Shown: positions 43,483 through 56,333 of the stretch, one piece after another | Numbering within the stretch: position 1 is the first letter of the stretch | Layout: each line of letters starts with the position of its first letter | Origin: Eledone cirrhosa | Taxonomy: Eukaryota | NCBI GenBank assembly: GCA_964016885.1 | Contig: OZ024743.1 | Location: 181,288,001 to 181,352,000, forward strand | Reading direction: 5' to 3' | Length of the DNA stretch: 64,000 bases | Program-made: the position numbers and the translations under genes | The notes under the pieces: generated by a model | Seen by the model: only the letters and a program-made list of their open reading frames with translations | What the model was told of the DNA's origin: nothing | The model's database searches: none

Positions 43483-43595
43483 GGGCGGTGGATTGGCAGA
43501 ATCGGTAGAGGGTCGGACGCCATGCTTTGACGCATAGAGTTACGCCCCTTTACGTTCTGAGTTCAAACTCTGCCGAGGTTAGCTTTGCCTTTCAT
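43483..43595 (+). mobile_element. SINE 5' half (Meta-type family)
   Basis: GGCGGTGGATTGGCAGAATCGGTAGAG..CTGAGTTCAAA..GCCTTTCA. Confidence 0.85.
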
Positions 43596-43984
43596 TGAAA
43601 TAATAATTAAATAAAAGCGCAAACAAGAGCCGCAACAACAAAGTCCCTTTTACATCAATGACCAACCAGGGAAGGTTGGCTGGAGAAAGTGTGTCATCAA
43701 CGGCGGTGTTCCAGCATGGCCTCAGCCTGTCGGTTGGAATACGAAATAGAAATAGAAATAGAAATAGAAATATCAGGATTGAACCAGTTTTAATCTAGTT
43801 ACACCATAAATCACCATAAATCCCCCGTATTTGTGAACTAGCAGAAACGGCGAAAGCTCCCCGTTTACAACATACCATATTTCCGCACCTTAACATGTAT
43901 TCAGTTTTCCCCTGATTACAGGTCCTCCCAGTTTTCCAACAGTGATCGTTTAACATATTTCATTGACTTCTGTTACTGGTGTTA

Positions 43985-44705
43985 GCCATTTGGCTGTAGC
44001 CATGATGTTGCACTGACTTATAGAGACGCAGGGAACCCCAAACACTGATGAAACCCACACCATCAATCAGGTTTATGAAAGAAGGAGAGAAGCCATCTAC
44101 GATAATTAGAACTACATGTGGTCTACTATAAAAGGTCCAAAACATGGTGTACGAGGGTTGATCTAGGAAGGAGGTTGCAGTTTCCCAAGTTGTTCAAACA
44201 TCCCTCAAGCCAGATGTAGTACTTTTGTCTGAAACATTAAAAAAGAAAATCCTGGTTGAACTTGTAGTCCCATGGGAAGAAGAGTACAGCAACACCATTG
44301 AGTGAAAGGGTGCCAAATATCAAGAACTTGTGCATAAGTTTAGGGAGGAAGGTTGGCAGTCATGATTATTTCCAGTCAAGAGGATTCCCGGCTCACTTGG
44401 TATGGAAAATGCTCACTGCCTTTGGAATTACAGGAATTGAGAAGGCTACAGTTCGCAAAACGGGGAGGCAGCAGAAAGGGTCTTTTATTGGCTTTGGAGC
44501 AGGAGAGAGGAGATGAGTTGAAGCTAGGAGGCAAAGATGGGCAGTAATTTGGTGACCACTTCTGACCCAACAGTAAGAGGATGTTGTGGTTGAGGGTCAA
44601 AACACCCAATGAATGCTGGACACCGTCTGGTGATATCAACACCTCCTGGCCAAGGTTATGTTCCCTGAAGGTGAATAAATGTGAGACATCTTCCTGAACA
44701 TGTAA
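43985..44705 (+). mobile_element. 3' fragment of an RLE-type non-LTR retrotransposon (R2 group, Hero-like), pseudogenised
   Basis: Manual translation from ~44195: QTSLKPDVVLLSETLKKKILVELVVPWEEEYSNTIE*KGAKYQELVHKFREEGWQS*LFPV..RGFPAHLVWKMLTAFGITG..EAAERVFYWLWSRR, a restriction-like endonuclease (PD..E..PWEE..KY) signature. Confidence 0.75.
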
Positions 44706-44757
44706 TTATGCCTATATATATATATATATATAGTTTGACACCTTAATTTATTAAACA

Positions 44758-45257
44758 CTAGCAGTGGTACCCGGCGTTGCACGGGATAAGGTATTTTGGA
44801 ACGCGGGCCGCCAACAGACCTAATCGTGGAAAAACTGCATGCTTGGACAAAATGTAAAGAAAATAAACCGAATACTCTGATGCAATTAGTATTAGGTATG
44901 CTTCTCCTTCCACGTGGAGAAAATCGGCTTGGTGCTTTTGGATTTCAATAAATGGATTATCTTTTCTCACGGTATGAAGAAGAGACTGACTAATACATAG
45001 TTACAATTTCAAGAAAATCGGTCTGGCGTAACGCCTAAAAAAAATCCTAAAAAGCTGAAAAAACGCAGTTTTTCACCTAATGCGGGCCCTAGGAGATCAA
45101 AAAGTTGAATTTATGTGTATAACACTCCCTGAAACATAACTAATACATATGTAAAGTTTGAAAAAAAATCGGTTGGGTACTTCTCGAGTTTTAGGGATTC
45201 AAACTCACAGACACACACACACACAAACAGACATCCTCAGTTTTATATATATATAGA
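44758..45257 (-). mobile_element. Complete 500-bp non-autonomous Helitron
   Basis: Minus strand A|TCTATATATATATAAAACTGAGGATGTCTG ... CCCGTGCAACGCCGGG-TACCACTG-CTAG|T. Confidence 0.85.
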
Positions 45258-46234
45258 TAATCATGGAGATAATTATCCTTTTGGGAGGAGACAATAATCT
45301 TAGATACGCCTTAACGCGTATGTTTCTGTTTACAGAGAGAATAATATAAAGTGGGTTTGCACTTCTTTCTTTGCACAGCGATATAAAATCTATTTTTTGT
45401 GAATATAAATTTTATATATGATTCTACATATTGTACATATCAAATCTCTATTGGGGAGAATCTTTAGAATCTGCTCCACAAAAGCAACACGCTATTCAAA
45501 TAAATTAATAGAATAAAACAAGCTCTGGTTAACACAGAAACCAATTATACACAATAAAGGCAACAGAAACAACACATACAAAAACGAACAAATCACACCT
45601 AACCTGTATTGTATGAATGGAATGCACCCAGTTTGTAGAATAAATTAAAGTATGATTAAAAAGTCTAAAAAGTCATTAATATAACACAGCTTGAATTTAA
45701 ACTCATAAATATTAATAGTATCTTGTAAAATCACAAAAGCTAAAATTCTGCCCCATCAACAACAAATCAAAAGCATAGAAACCATTGAATAAGTTAATTG
45801 GTGCATTTAAATACAAGTATGAGAATTGTAAACTTTATGTCTCTATCTCTTATATTGGACAGCGAAATAAAACACTTTCGCATCCCTTTCTCAACTAGGA
45901 AACATTGCAGCACCACACATTGCTACGATTCTATTTCGTCACTTGATCTGTTAGAAACAACAGCCAAACTTCTCTTAAATTAATTTAAGTCTTGAAAAAG
46001 TAGAAACCATACATAATGTAGTCCTATATACGTTAGAGCGTTGGGCTTGCAACCATGACGTTACGAGTTTGATGCTCGGACTGAATGATGCGTTGTGTCC
46101 TTGAGCAAGACACTATATATATATATATAGAGAGAGAGAGATATACGTGTACATATGTATGTATGCATAGGTACTCATGTGATAGTGTCTATTATATATA
46201 TATATTAGAGTCGAGGTCCAACGGCTGAGCTCTT

Positions 46235-46304
46235 GCCGTTTCGACAACAAAATCCAAACTAGAAATCTATTTCCATGCTGGGTATTAACCGTCTCATCAG
46301 CGGC
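46235..46304 (-). other. Hammerhead-core-like motif lacking a recognisable cleavage triplet; relative of family D
   Basis: Minus strand GCCG-CTGATGA-GACGG..(~40 nt)..TTGTC-GAAA-CGGC-AAGAGCTCAGCCGTTGG; additional IR at 46294-46324 / 46685-46714. Confidence 0.4.
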
Positions 46305-46457
46305 GTGGCTTAAGATGATTGACAGGTGGAATAAGTGGATAAGTGGTCAAGAAAAGGATATTGGCTCTTTAAAGGCCATTGTCATAGGTTCTGGAATGAA
46401 ATGTTTATATATTTTTGTATTTTCAGGGATTGGTTGTGTGCATGAGCACGCGCGCGC

Positions 46458-46600
<143 letters not shown>

Positions 46601-47029
46601 TGTGTTTCATTGTTTATGTGTATATAAGTTTGAAATATTGCAGTGTTGAAATGGTGAAGAATCTCAAGTTTTTGATTGAAGAATTGTCAATCACCTTAAG
46701 CCACGCCCCCGATGAAATTGCATATTTACAGCAGGGAAATATATTTCCAGTCTGAAACTTGCTGTTCAAACTATAAGAGCACAGCCGTCAGGCCCCGTCC
46801 CTCTAATATATTTACACTCTACTGTCCCAAGTATCGAGTACTCTGCTGAAAAATGGTCTTCCTAATTTAAAACTGGTAAAATCCTGTTCTCTCTCCCTCT
46901 CTTCCTCGCCTCTCTCTCTCTCTCTCTTTATATATATATATATGAGTGTGCATGTGTGTGTGTGTGTGTGTGTGTGCGTGAGTAGAAATGTGTGTATGAA
47001 CGTGTGTATTTGTGTGTTAAAGACAGGAC

Positions 47030-47220
47030 ACAGCATGGCTGAATTTCTACAAAGTTCGCTTCCCAATCATTGAGTCTCGAGTTCGAGCGATCCTACTGTG
47101 TATAACCCTGGGCAAGTGTCATACATTATATCCTCGGATAGACCCTTTAAATTGGGTAAATGTACACTGCTTGGAAGCCTACCAAATGGTCTGTTCTTCT
47201 ATGTCAACAGACCAGCCCTG

Positions 47221-47264
<44 letters not shown>

Positions 47265-47400
47265 TATCTCGCTGAATGTCATTGATAATCTCACTGATAA
47301 GGGTACACGTGTCTGTGAAATGCTCAACCACGTTAATTCCACGTGCAGGCTGGATCGAACAAGAGCAGCTATAATGTAAAACTGACAACCTTACAAAGAG
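47030..47400 (+). mobile_element. Diverged CORE-like SINE
   Basis: GAGTTCGA..ACCCTGGGCAAGTGTC..AAGGGTACACGTGTCTGTGAAATGCTCAACCAC; relatives at 55640-55980 and 22440-22565 (-). Confidence 0.55.
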
Positions 47401-47488
47401 AAGAAAGCGTGTGTGAGAGAGGTATGTGTGTGGGGGGGGGGGGGGGCGATAAAGTGGGAGTTGAGAGTAAATTATGACTCACGAACTA

Positions 47489-48217
47489 CTCTCGGGTCCC
47501 ACATAATAGGGGTGGGAATAATAGAGGGCAATAAGCGGGCGTGTAGGAATAAGTGGGGGGTTTGGAAAACCGATAATTTTTCTAGGTTGTCTCCGCTGAT
47601 TTTTTTTTTTAAACCAGAATTAGTAATTCAGTTTACATATTGAGACCCAAGGGATTTGTTTCAGGTGCGTTCCAGGGGCGTTCCAGGGGACACAGTCCCC
47701 CCTCCCGCCACACTTTTTCAGGAATGAGAAACAAACCACCTTTTTTTTTTTGTTTATTTGATATAATAAATTCTTTTTAAGCTTATTTTTTATATCTCAA
47801 AATTTAATTAGCATAACATTTTCCTTATGTGATAGGGTCCCGGAAAGGCACCATAAGCAATACTAACATGCTCCTTTAAGAATCAACAAATGTCGCTCGC
47901 CCCCCCTCCCGTCACATTTTTAAGGCAAACAAGGCCCCTGTTGAGACCCCTAACCAATCCTATTTATTTTATAACATATGGGATTTCCAGAAATGTAATT
48001 TTTGTCATGTATAATGTCTTTTAATGTATAAAGAAAAGTAATTGCTGCAAGAATGCAACCACTTAAAATAGAATTTCGCTGGAAGTAGAATAGCAAAATT
48101 CAGTAAGTAGCGTTGGTGGGTTGGAATAAGAAGGGGGGAGGGGGGGGGGGGGGGGGGGTTAGAAAAACCTGAAAAATTAATAAGCGGGGTGGGAGACGAT
48201 TATTCGTGACCCGAGAG
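47489..48217. mobile_element. Non-autonomous Tc1/mariner-type MITE
   Basis: TA|CTCTCGGGTCCCACATAAT ... ATTATTCGTGACCCGAGAG|TA; imperfect 19-bp TIR, TA TSD. Confidence 0.75.
47648..47940. mobile_element. hAT-type MITE nested in the Tc1/mariner MITE
   Basis: TIR CAAGGGATTTGTTT / AAACAAGGCCCCTG; 8-bp TSD TTGAGACC at 47640-47647 and 47941-47948. Confidence 0.75.
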
Positions 48218-48476
48218 TATAGGACAACATTTCTCATTGTTTGAACGAGTTGATTACAACTAAAACTAAAGTAAAAGCATTTCCATTTCTCTAATCAGCG
48301 GTTTACCATGTGATATATATAGTAGAATAGATAATTATTGTGAAGTATATCTTGTTATTGTCTCTTCATTCAGAGATAAGCTTGTAGTAAACAAACACAA
48401 TGAATGTGGTAATGTTGGCAGTCGCAACTGTTTAACTATTCACAAAACATAACATCTATATACTTTTATACAATCA

Positions 48477-48510
<34 letters not shown>

Positions 48511-48549
48511 GTATGTGTATATATATATATATATATATGTATGTGTATA

Positions 48550-48603
<54 letters not shown>

Positions 48604-48634
48604 TAGATATACACATACATATATGTATGTATAT

Positions 48635-48985
48635 GATGGCTGCCCCCTCATTATCGAGTATGGCCATTGCACGATATACCATTATTAATAATTATTATTT
48701 AATTCTATCGTGCAATGCTTGTGTGTAAAGATATTTTTTAAAGTGAGGAAAGACTGTGCACTGAGCCAATCCCACTCTCTGAGCGACACTAGCTATAACC
48801 CGAAAAGAAGAAAAGATCAACATCATCGGTCACTACTGAGCCGCAGGTTTTATATCTGAGTTATCCCAGTTTCCTGAGTTGCCTTCTCCTAGAAGAGTGC
48901 CCTGACAAATGCTAGGGGTCCTTCACTCCCAGTGGTTTAACCGCGTGGTCGGGTGTCCAGCCCGACTATCTCTATGTCCCCGTGT
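48635..48985 (-). mobile_element. Possible RTE-derived short non-autonomous element
   Basis: Minus strand GGACCCCTAGC..CTAGGAGAAGGCAACTC resembles RTE 5'-UTR motifs as recalled; not aligned. Confidence 0.35.
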
Positions 48986-49120
48986 ATATACATACACATG
49001 CACCCATGTACATATACATTTACATATACATACATATGTACATGTCTATATACATATTTACACACCTTTGGATGGCAGTTGACTCTTATAAATATAAATA
49101 TAGATAGATAATAGATAGGC

Positions 49121-49167
<47 letters not shown>

Positions 49168-49183
49168 TAGATAGATAGATAGA

Positions 49184-52100
49184 TTTCTTTATTAGCCACA
49201 GGGGCACAAAAGAAGGGGACAAATACAAAGGGGGAAGTTTACATACAATAAAAACGTGTAAAATACTATCACAAATGCAATTTAAAAATCAATCGATTTT
49301 CCCCAATAGGGGGCGACATTACGTATGAGTAACATACCCCCGAAAAAATGTGCAACCCTCATCTCCAGGAGTACGAAGAGTGAGTAGCCCCTTCCTCTCT
49401 ACCTCTTTTTCCTCAACCTACAGGCTGATATAGAGAGAAGGCCCATTCACTCGGGCCATTCTCGCCACTTTCACCCACCTTTCATAAAGCTTGCTAGGGT
49501 ACCTCTCTCTCCATCCTGATTCTTCTTCTAAAGTGGTATTTGAAAAAAAGAATCAGTTGTTGGCCGGAGAGAAAGGTGTCTGATCTCAGCCCTTTTAACC
49601 TCGTCCACCATACAACCTCTTTCGCCATACCTATCACACAGAGGAAAACCGCCTCTCCTTCCTTTTTGAAGGAATGTGGCGGTTTGATCATGACAATGGA
49701 GTCGGTGGTCAACTGGATTGGTCCCATCCGCGACAATAGTCGTTCTACATAGCCCCACAGGTCGGTAACGCCTGGGCAGTGTACGAATGCGTGCGCGACG
49801 GTTTCTTCGTCTCGCACGCATCTCGGACAGATCTTTTTCGAAGGGTTCCCTGCCCGGGCGCCCATGTCTGTAGAGCTTGCCTTGAACTGATAGAGCTCCT
49901 CGGTAGCACTGCCAGGCCAGGAACTTTTGGAAGTTGTCCATCGGTTCCGAGCGGAAGGTCCTACCGAACAGACTGGCCAGTTCGTCCTCCTCTACGCCCA
50001 GAGTTTCTCCGAGCGCGTCGTCGCACTTGCTGCGAACCAACCCTCTATAGAATGACGAAGTGGCGTCTCCACTGATCGCCGGGTCCGCCTGCCAGAGGTT
50101 CTGTGAGCGCCTGAGCACATTCGATGTGTCAGTCGCCCATTTTCCTCGGTCTTTTCTTGACCCAGGACTGCAACTCGGTCAGCGAGACGTGTCGTGTGAA
50201 GGCTCGCCCCACGAACGGGGCCCACACCGGTCAAGCGGTGATAGATAACGGACGCTATAAAAGTGTTCGCCACCTCCGCTCGACCTTTCAAGTATAGATT
50301 GCACTCGGCCCACTTCTGGGTGAGCGCAAGCACCTTGGCCGTCACCTCGTTCCAGTTCTTCTCCACCTGGTGGTCCGGACCAAACCAGACCCCGAGTAGC
50401 TTCACCAGTCCTTCCGTCCAGCGCCCGACGACGCCATCGGAAGGCATCGGTTTGCCTCTCCACGATCCGAGTTGCAAACCGACGGACTTGTCCCGGTTCA
50501 GCTTCGCTCCTGTGAACCTTTCGTATTCCTTCAGCGAGGTGCTCGACACCATTACTGTCACGTCATCGGCGTAGGCCGATGCCGCTTTCCGCAGTCCCGG
50601 TTCCACAGGGATGCCCTGCAATAGCTCCAACTTCCGCAGTAGTGGCGCGAGAGTCAGTACGTACAAAGGGAGTAGAGAGGGCATCCCTGTCGGATGGATC
50701 GCGTGATATGGAACGGCTCCGAGCGGTAGCCGTTCACCATGACCCTTGAGCAGATGTTGCTGCTGTGCATTGCAGAAATCCAGCCCCTCAACATGGGTCC
50801 GAAGCCTGCCGCCGCGAGCACCACATCCAGGTAACGATGATCAAACCTATTGAAAGCCTTAGACTGATCCAAGCGGTTCAGGGCCCCACCGAAGCCGGGT
50901 TTACACCTTACCCTCTCTACAATGTATCGCATGAGGTGGAGGTTGTCATGTATGGACCTGGTCTGGATTGCGCATGTCTGCGCTTCTCCCACCAGGTTTT
51001 CGACGACAAGCGCCAGCCTCTTTGCCAACACCGTGACCAAAATCTGTATCTCTGTGTTTAGCAGAGTTATGAGCCGGAAGTTGCCTATGTCATCCCCCTT
51101 ATTCTCGTTCTTCCTGACTAGCGTGACTACGCTCTTGGTCACAGAACTGGGAATTCTCCCCTTCTGCTGCCAGTTTCAGTAGACCGCTTCCAGGAGAGCA
51201 GAGAACAAGTCCGGCATTGCTACGTAAAATTCGTAGGGTAGACCGTCGAGACCTGGAGATTTGCGTTTGCCGCACTGGCTCAGTCCGTCCCCTATCTCAG
51301 CAGCCGAAATCTGCCTTTCGCAGAACTTCGCCTCGCTGTCCGAGAGTCGCGGCAGGCCGTCGAGGTATGGACAGAAATCCATAGCCCCTCCCGGCGCACC
51401 CCCTTCCCGAAAAGTTGAGAAAAGTGCTGCTGAAAGGCTGCGCACATCTGCTTTGGCTCACGTATCACACATCCATCTTGGTTCTTCAAAGACCGAATCG
51501 TGGACTTGTTGCCACTTTTCACCTCCATCACTCGGGCCCAGCTAACAGCTTTGGCTCCCTCGTTTCCCAGAACACGTATTTTGCTTCTGACAACGCAGCC
51601 CTCGTGCTTTGCGTCGAAGAACTGGTCCAAGGCCGTTCTCGTCGCTAGCACGCTGGCTACGTTGCCACTTCTAATTGCCTCTTCTACTTTATCTACCAGT
51701 TCCTTCTCGGTCCTATTTCTATCTAACGCTAATTCTTTACTAAAAACTAACGGGTCTAATCTAACTGGCCTCTTGAGAGAGTGCCACTATCTGTTGTTGA
51801 CAATGGCCCCTTTCAAGTGCTGTTTAACTAAGTGCTAATCCGTCTACTGTAGGCTTTGCATGTCGGTGACGACAAGTTCAGCTTCCAGTAGCCGGGTCCA
51901 TGTCTATGGGTTCTATCAAGGTTGACCATGCAGGTCACTAGTTTTTGATCTGAGTAGGCAACTATGAACATTTGTGGACAGCTTAACATGTCCCTATCCT
52001 TATTTCTAGCTAGAACCCTATCTAGGTACGATCTAGATGTTCCACTAAGATTAGTCCACGTCCACAGTGGTACAGTCGGAAAATCTAGTCGATATCTATC

Positions 52101-52403
52101 GGCTAGGTCAAATCGGCCGATTAACTGTTTGAGGCTGTTACACCCCCTTTATCGGGACATGCTCCCACATAGTCCCAACGTGCATCTAGGATTCCATTCC
52201 AGTCCCCACTAAAAGCAAGGAGCGGGACGTTCCCAGAAAAGTCTCTAGACGTTTGAAGAAGTCTGGCTGCGGAGTCCCGGATGGAGTATATGCGACCACC
52301 AGCCTGAAGGCTCCACCTTCACTACCGTCAACGTCAAGGACCACCAGTCGACCCTCCGGGTCCAGATGTACCGTCTGTGTTACGAGGCCCAGGTGTTTCC
52401 TCC
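49184..52403 (-). mobile_element. 5'-truncated, decayed L1/Tx1-clade LINE (partial APE endonuclease - RT - C-terminal Zn finger)
   Basis: LDPEGRLVVLDV..FRLVVAY (APE), KSPGLDGLPYEFY, NFRLITLLNTE, DQSKAFNRFDH, SIRQGCPL, YADDVTV, CPRC..ETVAHAFVHCP; many frameshifts and internal deletions; 3' AATAAAGAAA followed by (TCTA)n. Confidence 0.92.
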
Positions 52404-52580
52404 AGATAGATAGATAGATAACTTAACAGATATCAAAACAAATACGTATATAATAGTCTTACATATATAATGATTTTACAGGGTTACAGAGTTAGCTAAA
52501 ACATAATTACAGCTCCCAACACTAATAGAACCTCACATCTACAGTAAGGTTATTTTAACATACTTACTGGTCTTTGCCGT

Positions 52581-52847
52581 TGTCCCGTCTACAGCAGATG
52601 TCCCGTCTATAGCAGATGTCCCGTCTACAGCCATGTCCCGTCTATAGCAGATGTCCCATCTATAGCAGATGTCCCGTCTACAGCCATGTCCCGTCTATAG
52701 CAGATGTCCCGTCTATAGCAGATGTCCCGTCTACAGCCATGTCCCGTCTATAGCAGATGTCCCGTCTATAGCAGATGTCCCGTCTATAGCAGATGTCCCG
52801 TCTACAGCTATGTCCCGTCTATAGCAGATGTCCCGTCTATAGCAGAT
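52581..52847. repeat. Minisatellite of 18/17-bp units (GATGTCCCGTCTATAGCA / CATGTCCCGTCTACAGC), ~15 copies
   Basis: Direct tandem repetition with interspersed variants. Confidence 0.95.
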
Positions 52848-53164
52848 GCACCAGTTAAGGTTAAGGTTATCGTAAAAAGCTTAACCATTATATTATATTG
52901 CATCATATTTATTGTGGGTTTGTATCATACTGTGTGGAAATGCCAAGTATGAGACATAGAAATACCCGCTGTGTTGACAACAAAGGATTTGATTTCTCAC
53001 CTGATTGTTTCGTGACAGTTATCAGATCGCCATGAGAAAAACCTAAAAGTGGGAAAACCTAAAAGCTTGATCCAGTAACTCATTTATATGTATACTCTAG
53101 ATTTGGCTGGGAAGAAATTAATAAAAACACATCAGACAGAGTTCACAAAACGATTCATATAAAT

Positions 53165-53620
53165 ATTTTTTTCTACTTTAGGCACAATGCCAACAATTTT
53201 GGGGGAGGGGAAAGTCAATTAAATCGACCAGTGAGTTACTGGTACTTTATTTTATCGACCCCGTGGGGATGAAAGGTAAGGCTAACTTAGGAGGAACTTA
53301 AACTCAAAACGTAAAGAGCCGTAACTAATGCCCTAAAGCATGTAGTCCGACGCTCTAATGATACTGCTAATCCACTGCCCTTTATCAGGAGAAAAACAAT
53401 CCTTTCTGATTTAGACACAAGGCCAAAAATTTTGGGGAGCGGAAAGCCAATTAAATCGACCCCAGTGACTTACTGGTATTTTATTTTATCAACCCTGTGA
53501 GGATGAAAGACAAAGCTAACTTCGGAGGGATTTAGACTCAGAACGTAATGGGTCGTATTTAAATGCCACAAAGAATGTTGTCCGACGCTCTAATGATTCT
53601 ACACCCAATCCACTGCCATG
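53165..53620 (-). mobile_element. Two tandem SINE copies (long subfamily)
   Basis: GGCACAA..TTGGGGG..ATTAAATCGAC..TTTATCGACCC..GGATGAAAG.. occurs twice. Confidence 0.8.
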
Positions 53621-53816
53621 CGTTAAATTTGATATTAAAATCTGTGGAGTTATTTTACCATAATGGTCTATGAAGCTGTCTAGTTTCCAACAAAGGTGAG
53701 GTTCAATTTCTGCAGACGATAACGTCACGTTTTCTCTGTCCTCACATTTTCTCTATCTTTTGTGTCATGTATAAAAATACATCATTTGATTTATCAGGAA
53801 AATCCTAACCATTATA

Positions 53817-54156
53817 CAGGGGCGGTGGAAGCATTTCTGAATTTGGGGGCACATTTGGACAATTCAGTTGTAGTGATTAATTTAGCTCTTTGCACTCTAA
53901 AATGGTCAGAAAACTTCGATATGCGATAAACATAACATGTACATAAATTGTAGCGCATATCCAAATAGATGTGTGTTTGTTTGGGAAGAAAATATGATTA
54001 TTGGAAGAGTGAATGCCCCCTTCCCCAAGATCCACCGCCAATATATATATATAGATAATTTTTTAAATTATGCTCTGAGACCTTTCCTAAGGGGTTACTA
54101 TATCGAGCTTATTCACATTTGGTAAGAAATTGGTATTATACCCAATTTATTCATCA

Positions 54157-54160
<4 letters not shown>
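53817..54160. mobile_element. MITE-like repeat (TIR CAGGGGCGGTGGA / TCCACCGCCA) plus shared flank
   Basis: Inverse homolog of 33588-33920. Confidence 0.65.
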
Positions 54161-54224
<64 letters not shown>

Positions 54225-54734
54225 CGTGTGTAAAAGGTAAACAGAAATAACAATTTTATTGTAAGAGATTCATATTGATACAGCAGCTGGAGAATCTAAT
54301 AATAATTCTCTATTAATCCCCTCTCTGTATCTACTAAAACCAAACTCCACCCCTCTCTATATCTACCATGACACAGCCTCTGTTATCCCATTCTCTATAT
54401 CTAAGATTACTACACTCGCTCACTCTCTATAAATATCTACACTTATCTCTCCCAATCCCCCTCTGTATATCAATCACCCCTAAACTCTCACCCACTCTAT
54501 ATCTACTACACGTTACTCTCTTCCAATCTCTCTCTCTATATCAATTAACATCCCCCTCTCTATATCTAATACACGGAGCTCTCTTCCAATTACCCGCTCT
54601 ATATCAATAAACACCAAATTATCCTTCTCACTATATCTACTACACGGAACTTTCTTCCAATCCCCCCCCCTCTATATATCTACTACATGGAACTCTCTTC
54701 CAAAACACGTTCTCTATATCAATTATATATATAT

Positions 54735-54799
<65 letters not shown>

Positions 54800-54803
<4 letters not shown>

Positions 54804-54923
54804 AAAATGTAGACACCATCCCGAGGCCGAGGTATTCCGTACTTCTTGTACTGTTTCAGAAAGGAAGGATAAACATGCCAATCTATGTTTAGAATCCCGA
54901 GCAACGCCGGGCCTTTCTGCTAG
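54800..54923 (+). mobile_element. Helitron 3' terminus
   Basis: CCCGAGCAACGCCGGG-CCTTTCTG-CTAG|T at 54896-54923; 5' end not identified (may extend through the 54315-54722 repeats). Confidence 0.65.
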
Positions 54924-55268
54924 TATATATATATATACACACAAATACATACATATGCGCACGTGTGTGTTTATGTAAGTGTTACTTTTGTTAACACCAT
55001 CAACAATAGCATCAATGACAGCAATAACTGGCTACTAGGGTTAACAATAACAATGTCAACATATTAGCAGCAACTACTACATACAAGTAGAGTATTGTCA
55101 ATATCAGCAAGAACAGTGTAGTTGGTAACAACAACAACATTGAATGATGTTATCAGTGTCTTTTCTACATCAAGTCAGTGTCATTTATATCAACATGGTG
55201 ATCATCACCATAATCATCATCATCAACATCATAAAAAGTATTTAAGATCACAAACCATCAATCACCCA

Positions 55269-55591
55269 CAGGGCCGTGTTTAATGGGGGTGGGGGGCAAA
55301 GGGGCAATTGCCCTGGGTCTCCTGTAGTGGAAGGGTCGTTGCGGTTTATTTGTGCCCTCTGCTGGGCCTTTTAGTTTTAGAATGGTTAGATCCTTTGAAT
55401 TTAATACCTGTATGTATAACTTTTCAATTCCAATTACTTGCCCCAAGCTGACGTTGATATATAAAACTGGTGGGGAGCGGGGGGGGGGGGTGCTTCGTAT
55501 TCTATTTTTTTTGTTTTTGTTTATGAGACCCACCCCAAAAAGGAAAAAAACCTGAAGTGCCCCGGGCCTCCAAGATCAAAATCCAACCCTG
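55269..55591. mobile_element. hAT-like MITE
   Basis: CAGGGCCG ... CAACCCTG termini; imperfect 8-bp TSD ATCACCCA / ATCAGGCA; subterminal TGCCC(T/C)GGG(T/C)CTCC repeats. Confidence 0.55.
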
Positions 55592-56104
55592 ATCAGGCAC
55601 GTTCTTAAGGGCATTGAATTTATATTTATCAGCAATATCGTGGACGTAGCATGGTGAAATTGTTAAGAAATACTCTCGGAAGTCGTTTGGTCCTGAGTTC
55701 AGCTCCCCTGTGTGACATCTTTAAGAAAGTGTCATTTATCATAATCTCAGAACTACCCATCCGTTACGGGTGACATTCGGTAGATGATAACTATTTGGAA
55801 GCCTGCCAGAGGGACTGTACATGTAATTGTCATACACTAAATCTCCCTAAAAATTAAGTTAAGGGTACACGTGTCTCTGGAATACTCGGCCACTTATATA
55901 TCAATTTCACGGGTTGGCTGTTCCGTTAATTGAACAACTAGAACATTCTTTGTTGAAATGTTGAAACTGGCGGAGGTCCTTTCCATCAACAATATCGCCA
56001 ACGGCAACATTTTCGTAGGTCTCTTTGTTATAATCCTGTTCCTTAACATATAGTCCACAGAAAACTGCCTACACTTCATCAGCAGGTGAAGGTGATGGGG
56101 TGAT

Positions 56105-56333
56105 CTTTCTCTGGGTGACCAGAAAACACTAACCTTTCTCTGGGTGACCAGAAAACACTAACCTTTCTCTGGGTGACCAGAAAACACTAACCTTTCTCTG
56201 GGTGACCAGAAAACACTAACCTTTCTCTGGGTGACCAGAAAACACTAACCTTTCTCTGGGTGACCAGAAAACACTAACCTTTCTCTGGGTGACCAGAAAA
56301 TACTAACCTTTCTCTGGGTAGCCAGAAAATACT
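56105..56333. repeat. Minisatellite, 29-bp unit CTTTCTCTGGGTGACCAGAAAACACTAAC, ~8 copies
   Basis: Near-identical contiguous units without spacers. Confidence 0.96.

Noticed and set aside
52581-52847. Regular repeat array and ORF 52722-52952 (CPVYSR repeats)
   Set aside because: Spacer-less minisatellite; the ORF is a repeat translation.
56105-56333. 29-bp repeat with internal hairpin resembling a CRISPR repeat
   Set aside because: Units are contiguous with no spacers, there are no cas genes, and the context is eukaryotic; it is a minisatellite.
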